From Lama guanicoe (taxonomy: Eukaryota): a stretch of 64,000 bases of DNA. The notes below the pieces were generated by a model. The model was not told the origin of the DNA, searched no databases, and worked only from the letters and a program-made list of their open reading frames with translations. Positions 49,306 to 62,024 of this stretch are shown in pieces. Both the position numbers and the translations under genes were made by a program. Location of the stretch: positions 1,300,011 through 1,364,010 of the forward strand of contig MU054117.1 in assembly GCA_013239625.1 (NCBI GenBank), given 5' to 3'. Numbering within the stretch: position 1 is the first letter of the stretch; each line of letters starts with the position of its first letter.

Positions 49306-52300
49306 ATGGCTTTTCTAGAACAAAGAGCGAGACAGTGTCCTAGGTGAGCGTATCTGACGCTGCCCAACTAGCACAGCTTCCAAATCTCTCCAAGAAAAAC
49401 ACTCACTCTGGTCCCTGGGACACATTGCACCGGCCAGTCACGTGGGACACGTCCTTATCTCCTCGTTCCTGCTATCCAGCTCGGCAGGCCGCTCGGGAGG
49501 GAACGTGCGTTTCCCACAAGGCAGAGCTGCCGCTGCATCATCCCGAGCGGGAAGTGGGACCCTCGCCAGGAGGAAGAGGACGCCTGATGAGACCCGTCAG
49601 GGAGTGTCTCCCGTCCGCGTTCAAGCTCGGGACGCTGGCGAGAAGTCTCCCCGAGCCCGTCACGGTGAGGCCAGGCCGCGCTGCTCCTGCAGCTGCGCAC
49701 AAGCATAGCTCTGGGTCTCTTTTTGGCAAAAAGGAGTTGAAAGATGAACTTGTCACGATAACCTCTGCCTTTACCCAACATCATGCCCCGAACGGCATTA
49801 CTCCCCCAAACCTACGTTCACCGAGCCGCCAAGGGAAACAGTTTAAATTACAAAAAGGGATGCGAGGCTTCCGGCTGATGTCCTGGAAGCTTTATCTTTT
49901 CTCGCAAGGATTTATCTGCTTATGCGTCAGATCCTCAAACTGGCTTCAGAGGCCAGCATCTGATGACATGTGGTGACAGAGGACAGGGACCTCCTGGCAT
50001 GTTTATTCTAACCTCCCTCCCACTTAAGCGAGGGTAGATGGCTGAAGGGCTTCTGGAAGACAGATGAGGTGCCCCTGTGTTGTTTGCTACGAGTTGTAAC
50101 TGGCCATTCCACAGTATCCCACTTCTGCAACCCACTTACCTAAGAGATGTGAGCACATTTCCTGGGGCCAGGATGGGACACGCAATGAAAGGCCCTACCC
50201 GGTCAGTTCCAGGGCCTGCCTGTCTCCCCCAGCCCGCGGCTCCGCAGCAGACGTCCCCGCCGAGCGCAGGCTCCGGTCGCGGCACCTCGAGGTCACTTTG
50301 AGAGGAACGGTCCGCCCCGTACGGAACCTGACTTGGGACTTCAGGCCTTTGCCGTTGGGGCACAAACGTTCTACCGTTTGGAAAATGCCACTGTGTGTTA
50401 AGCTAACACTTATTGTTCACCGTGTTCCTGGCAAATTATTCTCCTATTTACTACGACGCCTCTGTGGCTACGCAGCGGTTCTGTGGTTATTCGCACCTGC
50501 TGGGGCCCCCGGGGCCGGGCTTGGCCGCCGTGCGTCAAGCGTACAAATGCCGGCAGAGCTCCGACTCCTCACTGGGCTACCGTCGCCGCCGTCCGCAACA
50601 CCGGCACATCCAGAGTGTCTCGGGACAACTGACGCGCCAACTTCCCAGAGACGCCACTCCCTTCCTGACACCCTCGTCCCCAGGCCCGCAGAGAGCTAAA
50701 CTCGGAAAAGCACATGAGGAGCCGAGGGAGTAAAACCCACTCGCCCCGCCTCAAAGGCTGCCTTCTTTCAAGGGCCGAGTCTGTCTCCTTGGTCACAATG
50801 TACTTCGGGGCCAGGAAGCCCAAGGACAGCGCTCAGGCTCTTCACAAAGGTTTGGCGCCTGGCGTTCCGGCCTCACGTAAATGCAGCTGCTTCGTGAAGG
50901 GCTGGGGCTCTCTGACGGGAGAGAGTGACTGCCATGCTGTCCCTGCTACGTGGATCGGGGGCCCTGCCCAGCAAGGCGCACGCAGAAGCAAGAGCACCTG
51001 GATCCTTCCCCCAGCACAGCGAGGGCCGGGGCCCAGGCCGCAGCCGGCTGCAGCCGGCAGGGGTGTTAACCGATGACATGCATCCTACTCTGCACTGAAA
51101 AAAACCACGAAACAATCAAACTAACGTGTTGAGTGTATGTAAGAATCAAAACACATCCATTCAGGATTTATCTTTGTTCGGACTTTGGTTCTGTAGTTCA
51201 CTTCGGGCAAGTCCTTGACTTGTTAAATAAACCTCTTTGCCTTGACTTGAGGCTGATTTTGACTCAGCCTTCACATATAAGGTTATAAAACGCAGCGATT
51301 TTTTAATTCTGAGTGGTCTCTTTTTCACGCCCTTCTGGAGCACAAACAGGGCTAAATGTTGGATTCCCTAAATGATGTTGGTGTTATGGTCCTTACTCAC
51401 TTTTAATCCTAACAGATAGAAAACAAACGTGTATTCGAGACTAGCCCTCTGTTTTATGCTTCTGCCAGAGAGACAAACACACGCCTCGCAGCAGGTCTGC
51501 GCCCTTACGGCAACGATGAAGCCACCAGACTTCAGAAGGCTTTGTAGCATAAACCTGTGTGATCTTCACCAAAAACAAACCTTATCGTTCACTATGAGAA
51601 TCTGGAAAGTTTCAGTAGCTTTAGGCTGACTTTGTACTTAGCTGGATGGCCACAGTCACTGGAAAAAAAAAATCTCTTTTGGGGGAAGTCAATAAACTTC
51701 TAAAATTTCATGAAAAGTTAAAAGGTAACCTTTTATGTTAAAGGCAAGAAAGTTCGGAGCCCCAAATCCCAACCCCTACTTCATCACCATTTTTCACGTG
51801 TGTCTATTTGACTCCCTGAACACACTGTGTAGAATGTGACAGTCTTACATTTTATTTATCTTCCAAAACAGAAAGTTGTGACAAACGCAGAACCCAGAAT
51901 GACATCACTTACACCGTAAACAACCACGAAGCACTGCGAGCATCAGTTCTGCGCCGAGCGGGGCGCCTTCTGCAGCTTCCCCTGCAGCCGACCGACCACC
52001 ACCTGAGCAGACGGTGAAATATCTGGGTCGGGCAGTCACTTAGGCTCCGTTAACGTTCCCATTCCCCTCACCTGTCCCCTGGGGACCAAGAGCTCCTTTT
52101 TGACCACGTGGTCAGGCTCCTCTGGCTTCTCCACCGGGCCCTGGCTTTTGGGTGTTCACGCTCGTCTCTACATTGTCCAGTTCTCTCAAGAATTCTGCCA
52201 AGTTGGTTTACCAAGAGTCTCCCATCCTCAGTATCTGATGGGGCTCCTCACCCTCCGCAGCCCCAGGCGATGTCTCAGTGCTCTGGCCTTAAGCGAGAGC

Positions 52301-52585
52301 CCACAGTTCTGCCGGGGTAGCCAGAACCTCCCTTCCCCCGACAGTTCCTCTTAGCAAGTGTCCACAGACCCCCCACTGCTCCCTGGCTGTCAATCCCCAC
52401 TTTTCCTTGTATTCAGAGCTGAGCAGTCTCTCCCCACTGCAGTGGCCCCCAAACTTGCCATGACGGCCCTGAGTGAGGTCTGCCTTGCTGCTCTGTAACA
52501 AGTGAGGGGACAATTTTCTTTAACTCTGGGTCAGTGAGAGGCACAGTGGGTACCACGGGGAGTCATTACACAAACACCTGGTTCT

Positions 52586-52692
52586 GGGACGGAGGCCACA
52601 GCTCGGGGGCAGGGCGCGTGCTCAGTGTGCACGAGGTCCTGGGTTCCATCCCCAGTCCCTCCAGTAACAAAAAACCAAAACAAATGAAAAAG
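52586..52692 (+). mobile_element. tRNA-derived SINE (vic-1-like)
   Basis: SINE body with gaggtcctgggttccatccccag; TSD aaacacctggttct (52572-52585) / aaacacttggttct (52693-52706). Confidence 0.9.
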
Positions 52693-54496
52693 AAACACTT
52701 GGTTCTAAAAGTAAAACTGCTCTCCAAAGGTCTCCAGTTTAAAGGGCTTTATGGCCTGTTAAGGTGCCAGTGTGTCTCTGAAAACTGCCAAAGGTTAGAG
52801 GTTTGAAATATGCTTAAAAAAGTGGGACTCATTTTTAAGAATAACATGTGATAACCTCCCCTCAGTCTCACAGCTCAGAAATCTGCTGTCAACTTGCCTT
52901 TATGCCTACAGCATCACTCTGGCAAAACAAAGGGAAAAATCCCCTATTCTTGATCCAGATGTGGAGACAAAAAATTCTTTTCTCGGAGTTGCAGGCAGCC
53001 AGGTAACAGTTTAGACTAAAATGCATCTTGAAACCTGGGCTACACAGCTGCTCCCTGCATTGTGCCTAATTTACTCTTTATTCGTTAAAACCTGAATCGT
53101 ACCTTAATCAGTACAAGAAACGCCACTCAGACAGAAAGCAGAGTGTTGGGGGCCAAGCGAGGGGGAAGCCTCCTGCTGAGCCCACCTGTTCCTGGCCAGG
53201 AGGGCGGGTGCAGGCTGCGGGCATTTCAAGTACTTGCTTTAATAGTTGGAAACTGGTAAAATACATGAAAATAAGGTCGTTCCCTAATAAATGGGAAACT
53301 ATGGGGGGTAAAGTCTGGGCACAGGAAAAAAATAAGGCAAAAGGAGAAGAGAGGCTCACACTTTCTGAGCAGGAAAGCCAACTGAAGGCTGACGCTGAAT
53401 TTAAAGGAAAAGCAAGGCAGGCAGTTGGCCACAGGCCGACGTGGGGCCTCCCGCTCCCCGGGGCCCACGCACTGGCCCCAGCGCTGACGCCGACAGCCCC
53501 CATTCTGACCCTCTGAGGTCTGGGCCCAGCAGCACTCCTGCTGCAGCATCAGGGCACTCGGCGCCATCGCTACCCGCCCACAAGCCAGCCGGATGGTCTG
53601 CAAAGCAGCCCCGCGCCGTGGCCTGCCGGGTGAAACACAGGGGCAGCCTCATCACGACATTTCACCTTCTTCTGGATAAGGCACTGGGAGTGGAGGGGAG
53701 GCCAGGTGGAGCTGGGCGGGTGCACAGAGGGGACCTCCCGACCTTGCAAGCATCTCAAGAAGTAACAAAGGACGTGACCTGAGATGATAGGGAGCAGGTC
53801 CACTGGCTCCTTCTCATGGCTACAGGAAGACAGGACAGAAAGGAGACAAGGGTGATTATCAGACAACCAGCTTTGACAGCTTATCTGCACCCCGAGTGAG
53901 GCCAGTCTCTGGAGGACACTCTTCTGTGATTAGCAGTTATTTCCAGGTCGGGTTGAAGGGCTGTGTGTGTGCGTGCGCGTGTGTGATAACCCGGGGCAGG
54001 CCAAGCCTTTGGTGGACTTGTAACCCCACCTTTGGAAGACGGGCCCCTGCGCCCTGACTCCCTCTGATCCAACACAGGGCTCACGAATCTGACTGAGGGC
54101 AGGTCTGACGTGGGGGGCAGTGGAGCAGGCCCGCGGGGACGCGAGGGGCAGAACGGTCAGGAGGAGGAAACCCGGCCGGCGTTCCGGGGGCGCTGACAGG
54201 GCGTCGGGGAGGAAGAGCAGAGTCCTCACAGGTGGAGAGACGGGGTGCAGGCCGGCCCGGGGGGGTCCCGAGGAACCAGCGACGGGGGCACAGCCAGACG
54301 GAGACGTGTGAGGCTGCGGGATCCAGCCAAGAGTAAGCAGCTCCCGGTACGGCTGAAAAGCGACCTGCTGGGGATAAAGCTAAGTTTGTGCAGAATCTCC
54401 GTGTTCAATTTACCCACCAGGCTCTGGCCTCACCTTCTCACGCTCATAAAAAAACTGCCACACACGTCGACCCACATCACAATCTTACTGCAATTT

Positions 54497-54646
54497 AAAA
54501 ATTTATTTATTATAGTTTTTTTTGTGGGGGGAGGTAATTAGGTTAATTAATTCATTATTATTACTTATTAAATGGAGGGACTGGGGACTGAACCCAGGAC
54601 CTGGTGCGTGCTGAGCACATGCTCCACCACTGGGCTGTCCCCTCCC
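54497..54646 (-). mobile_element. tRNA-derived SINE (vic-1-like)
   Basis: ggggaggtaattaggtt...atggagggactggggactgaacccaggacctggtgcgtgctgagcacatgctccaccactgggctgtcccctccc. Confidence 0.9.
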
Positions 54647-56179
54647 TCTTGCAGCAGTTTTAGTGAGGAAACACGAAGGGTGGAGACCATGCTTCTGAAA
54701 CGGAGCACCTAACGCATTATGGTGTTTAGAACAGGAGAGAACGAAAGGGTGACACGGAGTGCCCCAACTCTAGAAATCAAGCGAGAGGGACGGGAGGAGG
54801 CAGAGGCTCGGCCTCCCCTCCCCACGTTACCCTGCTCGCAGTGCTAGGGCCTTCCCCGGTCCCCTCCGGGGAGCACACTTCCGTGTCGTGGACGTTAACA
54901 GCAACAGACAGGAGGGCGGCTGTCCAGGCTTTGTGCGCGCTGCCCAGACACACGCAGCACAGCCTGGGGGGCTCCTCCCAGGCAGGTGCCCCGCGGCTCC
55001 TGCAGCTGCAGCCTGCTCATAGGTGAGCTGCTCCCGCTGACAAGACAGGAAGCCTTTCTCGGGTCACCCACGTGAGCAGAGTCTCCGCCACCTTACCCAC
55101 CTATGCAGAACGCCCATGCCACTCGGCCTGAACGTTTCTGTCGCTTGTCTGCTAATGAACCACCCACACAGCATTTCCCAGAGTGTGTTTCAGACGATCT
55201 GGTGAGACCCGGGCTGTGGTTCTACGCACCGGGAGGTTTCGGCGTTTCCTGACCTCACTACCACGCCTGTCTCCAGGAGCAGATATTTCTGGGCCCGAGA
55301 ATAAAGCAACACTCATGTGCTACATGAAACACTGGAACATGTGTGTACACGCACATCCACACACCCACACAGAATGCGGTCCGGAGGGCAGGGACCAGGC
55401 TCCGCTGAACGGGATCTCCTGCACCCGAGCACCTCTCAGAGTGATGACGACCGGTACCTTCCAGGAAAGCACAGCTGTTTCCTGGCTGCCGCCCCATCTG
55501 CGTTAGGTCGGTTACTTCTCTCAAGAGACTCTTTGCTAGTCAGCCCCGGGGCGAACTTGGTGTCCTCCGCATCTTATGCTCTCAGCTAAGAACTTCACCT
55601 CCCCGAGCGTCTGTCTGGCAGGAGCAGCTGCGACGTCCAGCGCCTTGCACCCCTGCAGCTGTGCTTCAGGCAGACCCAGGAGGGACGCTCGTCAGCGCCA
55701 GGGAAGGCGAGGCGACTGGCCGCGGCCATGGCCATAAACACGCCATCAAACACCTGCCACAGGTGGGAGGGCCCTTGGCTGGTACTTACATTAGCTACTG
55801 GGCATCCAGTCTCAGAGATCGTGGTAAAAAAGGCTTTTTCAGCCAGAGGTTGTCCTTATTGGAGATGTATGCCATGTGCTATGAAATCTCTGCACTGCAT
55901 CGATGACTGAGGTGCTGCAAAGCGACAGAGCAAATTACTCCGGGGACAGTAATCCATGTGTCCGTCACACGGTAAGCTTCTTCAGTGCTCGCTCGCTGTT
56001 ATTTCCAATAACCTGTTCTACCACCCGAAAAACGGGAGTAATACTGCTCGGCCGCGTGAGGATGTGAGTACTGGTAAAATATGAGTTATTTTTGACACTT
56101 AGATGCAAACGCCAATGACAAGACGGTCACACACGGCACAGGAAGGGGAGGCACGCAGAGAAGAACCAGACAAGCGCCA

Positions 56180-56500
56180 CCGCGGGCCCGAGGTCGGAAC
56201 CGCACAGTCCCTGGACCCAGCCCAGCACCACTGCCTGTTTCTGTAAGTCCAGCAGTGGAGAACGGCTTTTCAAATGGTTGGGAAAAATCAAAAGAGCATT
56301 TGGTGACACGTGTAACTTGTATGAAAGTCACATTTCATTGTCTGTAAACAGAGCTCCGTCAGACTGCAGGTGTGACCACTCATTACAGTTTGTCCGCGGC
56401 CGCGTCCCCACTGCAACAGCAGCGCTGAATGGCTCCGACAGCGTGTATGGCGCCCGAAGTATAAACTATTTTCCGTCGGGGCCTGTACAAGGAGGCGCGC
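56180..56500 (+). mobile_element. MER58-like hAT/Charlie DNA transposon remnant
   Basis: ccactgcctgtttctgtaa...ttttcaaatggttgggaaaaatcaaaagagcatttggtgacacgtg...tatttt. Confidence 0.6.
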
Positions 56501-59500
56501 CAATCTCCGTGAAGACCTATTTCAGGTAACAGGGCAACTGTGATAGTAGAGAGAAGATTCTTCTAATTGTCTCCCAGATTAGTCAGGAAATAGTGTTTTT
56601 AAAAAATCCAATTCATAATGAGTATTACTTGTGTCAATAATAATATCAACATAAACAAACCGCTGGCGAAGCAGGAAACCGGACGGGCAACGGGCACAGG
56701 GACAACCCCACACGCAGTCGCAGGAGGCTCTAACTAGGAACTTCGATCAGGACAAAATCCCTGACTGAGAAATACGATCATTATAAAATTTAAATATGGA
56801 AAATAACAGAAACTAAAATGATTCAGTAAAATAAGAATATTGAAAATGTTGGACATTTCCAACCACACGTATGGGAACGTGATAAAAAAATGAAACTGAA
56901 TGGAGTTGCTGGCAGCTCAGCACATGCTCAGCGACGCCAGCAGAACCTGACTTGGATGCCCATGGACAGAGCAAGGGCTTCTACTGGGTCAGGCGTCCTC
57001 CAGGGTGAACCCGTGTGAAGCCCGATCCGGCTCGCTCTGAGCACAGAGAAAGCGACGCCCGGGCCGTCTCTGCCGCTCCTCGCCCGCCTTCTGACCTGCA
57101 CGCTTGAGGCCGGGAGAGGCGGCCGGGCCGCGAGCCCCCGCGCCCCAGCACCACGCACGATGCCCCCGCCCGGCGTCACGGGCCGTGTGGCTGCGCCTCA
57201 CCTCGCAGCTCCCTGAACTATGACTGGGCTCTCAGACCGCGTCCTCTGCCTTCTAAACCAAAGACGACTGGAGACAGTTTGGGACACTGCTGAGAATGAA
57301 AGCGTCTTGGTACCGAATACGTTCCCACGTCTCCACCGCTCCCATCACCGCACACTCAGGCCTCAGCACCTCCCCCCAGGACAAAGGAAGATGCTCTTAA
57401 CTGGCCGCTGGCGTCCAGCACAGTTCCCCCCTGCCCACCCTGCACAGACCGCACACAGAGGGCATCGCGATCTACCTGCTGCTGACCGCGCCAGCCTCGG
57501 GGCTTGCCACCCCGACTCCCACCCTGATGCCTGCAGAGGTTTAAAAATAAGTCCACAGATGCTCTGACGTTCTTCCCCCGAACAGCACAGCCTGAGACAC
57601 TCTGCCCGGAAAGGGCAGGACGGCCCTGGCGGCTCACTCTGACGGAGCAGCAGGTGGCAGGGGCGGTGGCGTGTGGCTTCTCGTTCCAGGTTAGAAAGAC
57701 ACCGTGGCTTCCTCCTCATTCCTTTCCCTGAAACCATTCATTTTGGGTCCGTGTGGTGAGGAACTGAAGGTTCCAGACAACAGCCGGTGTGAACCGCGGG
57801 TGAGCCACCCTGGGACGGAACGCTCCAACCCTGGGCAAGCTCTCGGGCAACCACGGCCCCGCCGACGTCTCGGCTGCAGCCCCAGCAGGGGCGCGAGTGA
57901 GGGTCACCCAGCCGCGCTGCCCCTGGGCTTGTGGCCCGCAGAAGACACCGAGGCAGCGGAGGCATGCTGCTCCTTCATGCTGCTGGGTTTGGCCAGATGT
58001 CTGGGACAGAGGAGTCCAGGAGTTCTCAGGTTGTGAAAACACGAGGTCAGGGGTAAACGCGTTGGCTCCCCTTCCGGAAGGCACAGCCGTGGGAGCACTA
58101 GACTGTAAACAGTCACCTTCCGACGAAATGACCGTGAGGATCTAGACATTTAAGACATTTCCATGTAACACCCAGAACGCCGGAAGGAAAATCTGAGTAA
58201 CTTATTTCACATTCACAGGGACAGGAACCCAACAGTGTAAGAGTCTCCTGGGCTCGCCAACTCCCTCCCCGTGCAGAAAGGCTGTGAGTCTAGTCTCGAA
58301 ACCAAGGAAGAAAGAGTGGTATGTATTCAGGGCTGACCACCTTTTGATGAAAAGAAATGAAGTCTTGCTAACAAGTGGTTTGCCTTAAAACCTGAATTTT
58401 CACCAAAAAGAGCCGGCCATCTGTTCTGAATATTTTAAAGGCTAAGCCTCCAGTTGTGCTCTGCTTTGATCTCCTGGGACAACAGGAAGACAGTGATACA
58501 GTCCAGCTACACCTCAATCAAGAGCGCTCATTTAATTTATCCCAGAAACGTGGACCGCCAGGCCCAGCTGGAAGCTCCAGCCTCGTCATCCCAGGATCAG
58601 GAGGGAGGAGGCAGACACATCAAGGGAGAAGAGCTGCTTTGTTTTGGACGATGATGTGTTTTTGTGTCTAAGAAAACATTCCTTTAACCCAAAACAGACA
58701 GTAACCCTAAAGGCAGAGAGAACGTGTCGAAAAACAACACATTAGTGAGCAGCTGAGGACAAGTTAATGAAAGAAACAGTGCAGGACCCATCGTAACCAA
58801 GACCGCTGTTTACCAGTTGGATAAATGTGGGTCCAGTCACATCCTCCAGAACATAACTCCCTAAAATAAAAACGTGACATAATAGGCAGGAGTGGGGCCT
58901 GGCCTCCAAACACTGGTACGAGAGGGGGCCCCTGGTACGTTAACTGAGGGGTGGGTAGTGAACTTGACGGTGCGTTCTTGAAGGCCCACTAAGCCCCGGC
59001 CGGGAAACCGATACACAGGAGCGGCGTCCGACTACAGGACAGCCTGCCCGGCTGCAGAGTAAGTTAAAGATTGAAAGTATCTCCTATGGATGCACAAAGC
59101 TTAAAAAAACACATGCAGCCTTTCTTCCAGGTAAAAACTTACCAGCTTTTCTTTCAGAGAGTATTTTTTTGAGCTCTGCAGGGTCCCCGCATTCTCAGAG
59201 GCCTGTGCAAAGCAACTAGAGGGTGGAGAGCTTCGCTTGCACAAAGTGCAGGGGCATTTTTGTTGTCCAGGAGGAAGGTCCAAGTCACAAACACCACAAA
59301 GCGGAGGCGGCGGCGCTTCCTCGCGAGCCAGATGCTCAGTCACTGAGGCAAGAACCCTGGGAGCGAGCGCCAGGGACGCCTCACACCTGTGACTCAGTCT
59401 GAGAAATAAATCGGGGGGGGGGCACAGGACACCGCCACCTTAAGTCACTGGCAGGAACAGCACACACGCGGGCTGGACCTGTGGAGTGCTATAAATCGCG

Positions 59501-60219
59501 CCTCACACGAGCGCTGAGGAGGGTCTCACTCACGTGGCCAAGGGGCCTGGCCCTGCTGAGCTCACGTGACCACCCAGCCTGCCAAGCGCGGCTCGGAGCC
59601 ACGAGGTGCTGGCTTTCGCTTCCCTCTGTCGCCTGAGAATCAGCCCAGGTCAGAAAGCTTCAGGAGAAACAGTCACCTGCCACCACGGATGCTTCCTGAA
59701 GGCGGCCGACTCCCACACGCTGGCCCTGGGGAGGGGTCTCTCTTGTTGCCCGGGTGGTGCCGGTCACAGCATCGGCAATGCCAGGAGAGGTTCAGAGAAG
59801 AAGACGAACTTCTTCTGCCGCAGGAAGACGGAGTTACTGGGACTGTGGGTTACTCGTGCAGCGAGAGGAAGGTCGCTGCGTTCAGGGAGGGGCGAGTCCT
59901 GCAACCGGGAGCGTCTCAGGATCCCGCGAATATTCCAGGACTGTAGCACAACCCTCCCAGCATCACCGACGCTGTCCTTCCTAAACACTGCTTTTTACTT
60001 ATCGGTTTCCACAATCACTTCAAGAGCTGGGGGCTGGTGGAGAAAAGCAGGAACCTCAGCTAGCAGCATTTTGGGAAGAAAGGTTTCTGTTTTAACATCT
60101 TAAGTCTGTTTTGAAAGGGACGACTCCAGGTGTGCGCCAGTGGGAGGACGGTAGCCTGGGGAAGCTGCGAGGGGCCCACTCAGGCAGGACACCTTACATG
60201 GTTGGTTAAGGGTGCACAT

Positions 60220-60373
60220 TTGTTTTTGTTTTTAAAATTAAAAAAAATTTTTTTGTGGGGGAGAGGTAATTAGGTTTATTTTATTTTTCATTTATTTTTA
60301 ATGGAGGTTCTGGGGATTGAACCCAGGACCTCGTGCATGCTGAGCACGTGCTCTATCCCTGAGCTGCACCCTC
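60220..60373 (-). mobile_element. tRNA-derived SINE (vic-1-like)
   Basis: gaggtaattaggtttattt...atggaggttctggggattgaacccaggacctcgtgcatgctgagcacgtgctctatccctgagctgcaccc. Confidence 0.92.
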
Positions 60374-60384
60374 TGCCACTGCCC

Positions 60385-60610
60385 TTCACTGAGCACACCC
60401 GCGTGCCAGGCAGGGGGCCAACAGCACTGAATGCGTTATTCCATTTAACCCTCACGAGAACCTTTGCTGTGGGCTTTATTACTGCCATCTACCAAACAAG
60501 GACCCCGATGCGTCAGGAGAGGTTAAGTGACTCGTGGGAAGCTACACAGCCGCCAGGCTGGATTCAAATCGGGTCTTAAGGCAAAGCATGTTACTCACCC
60601 CCAAACTAAA
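60385..60610 (-). mobile_element. MIR remnant
   Basis: ccatttaaccctcacgagaacc...ttattactgccatct...gtcaggagaggttaagtgactcg...ggattcaaatc matches the reverse MIR core. Confidence 0.7.
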
Positions 60611-61544
60611 GGCCATAGAACAGTGCGACTGCCGTACAGGGGACACAGGAGAAGACGTCTTGTCAGTCTCCCAGGTGGGACGTAGTATTACACGGTGAGG
60701 AAGGCGGCAGCCAGCAGGCACGGACGGGCACAGACGTGAAGGTGGAGCCCCGCACCAGCAAGGCACGGCCCCGGACTGGGTCACAGAATAACGTCACCCG
60801 CACCGCGCCAGCAGGGCGGCATCATGGGAACTTTTACCACTTCTATTTAGCAAACCTGTAAACTTACTTATTTTCCGTTCAGATTAAAATAAGAATCAGA
60901 TGTCCTATCCAACCTCTGCTTCCTCCTTTTATCCTGGGAGCTCAATCCTTGGCAGTTCATACAGAGTTCATACAGTCTTGACTTACAAAATACAAAAATA
61001 AACATTCAGAAAGCCCTTTTAAAAAAAAAACAAACCAGAGACACGTGGAGCGGCAGGGATGCGCTGCACAAGGCGTCGCGCCGCCCGGGGACACGAGGCT
61101 CTGTCTCTTCTTCCAAGCGCAGGTGGCCATTTGCTCCACTGTCTTACAAGGGCCGCTTGACTAAATCCTTTCAAAGGAAGTTTCAATGACTCAATTGCTT
61201 TGACAGGGAATTCTTGATAAAATTCGAGGTGTTTTTCTCAGGAAAAATTCCTCAACGTATAGGAGACTAAACTTTTGGGGACAAAAAGGCAGAACGCTCA
61301 GGGATGTAGCCTGCATCTCTCTTTCGCTGTCGGTTACAGTCCTTTCCGGGCCACAGAAATACCTGGGGACTTCAACGCCACAGCTCCAAATGCTCTTTCT
61401 GGACCGTTATCCGCGCACTGCACTAGACGCTAATAACAGCAACGAGCAGTTATTGAGCGCGTGCAATTCCTGGGAGTAACGGAGTCAACGTAACAAGGAC
61501 AAGGGGACAGCAAAGGCCGTAACAGCACGGAGGACTCGCTGGAG

Positions 61545-61715
61545 GGGGCTCTGCGCGAAGCATTTCACGTACACTAGCTTATTAATCCTTCCAACGGCCT
61601 GTGAAGTAGGCACTGCTAATAAACCCACTTTTATAAAGAAACTGGGGCTCAGAGACTGTCACCTTCCCAAGGCCACGGTGGGTGGAGGAAGCTAGAGTCC
61701 AAATCTGCCCCCGAC
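61545..61715 (-). mobile_element. MIR remnant
   Basis: ttattaatccttccaacggcctgtgaagtagg...cccacttttataaagaaactggggctcagag...cccaaggccac. Confidence 0.7.
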
Positions 61716-61913
61716 AGCCCGTGAAGAAAAGGAAGCGCAGAGACTAAGTGCCCGCCGGCCCCAGGTCCCGGCAGCCCCTAGATGCTGGTGTCGGGTCTGC
61801 TCCCAAGCCCACGCCCGTAACCGGGAGGCGCCACCACTTCTCAGGAAGCGGCCCGGCCCCGCCCGGCTCCGCACGTCCGTGCTCCTCTTCCCATCTGAGG
61901 CCTGACGGCGTCT

Positions 61914-62024
61914 TGTTTACTTATTTATTTTTTAACTTTACTTCTTAATGGCGGTATGAGGGACTGAACCCGGGACCTGGTGCGTGCTCAGCACGCGCTC
62001 CACTGCTGAGCTGTCCCCTCCCCC
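61914..62024 (-). mobile_element. tRNA-derived SINE (vic-1-like)
   Basis: T-rich tail plus gggactgaacccgggacctggtgcgtgctcagcacgcgctccactgctgagctgtcccctcccc; degenerate TSD tgacggcgtct / tgactgcatct. Confidence 0.88.

Noticed and set aside
38855..50145. Isolated strong minus-strand donor motifs (~38860, ~45340, ~50138) as extra ERC1 exons
   Set aside because: No ERC1-like peptide upstream of them, and the identified exons already join in frame.
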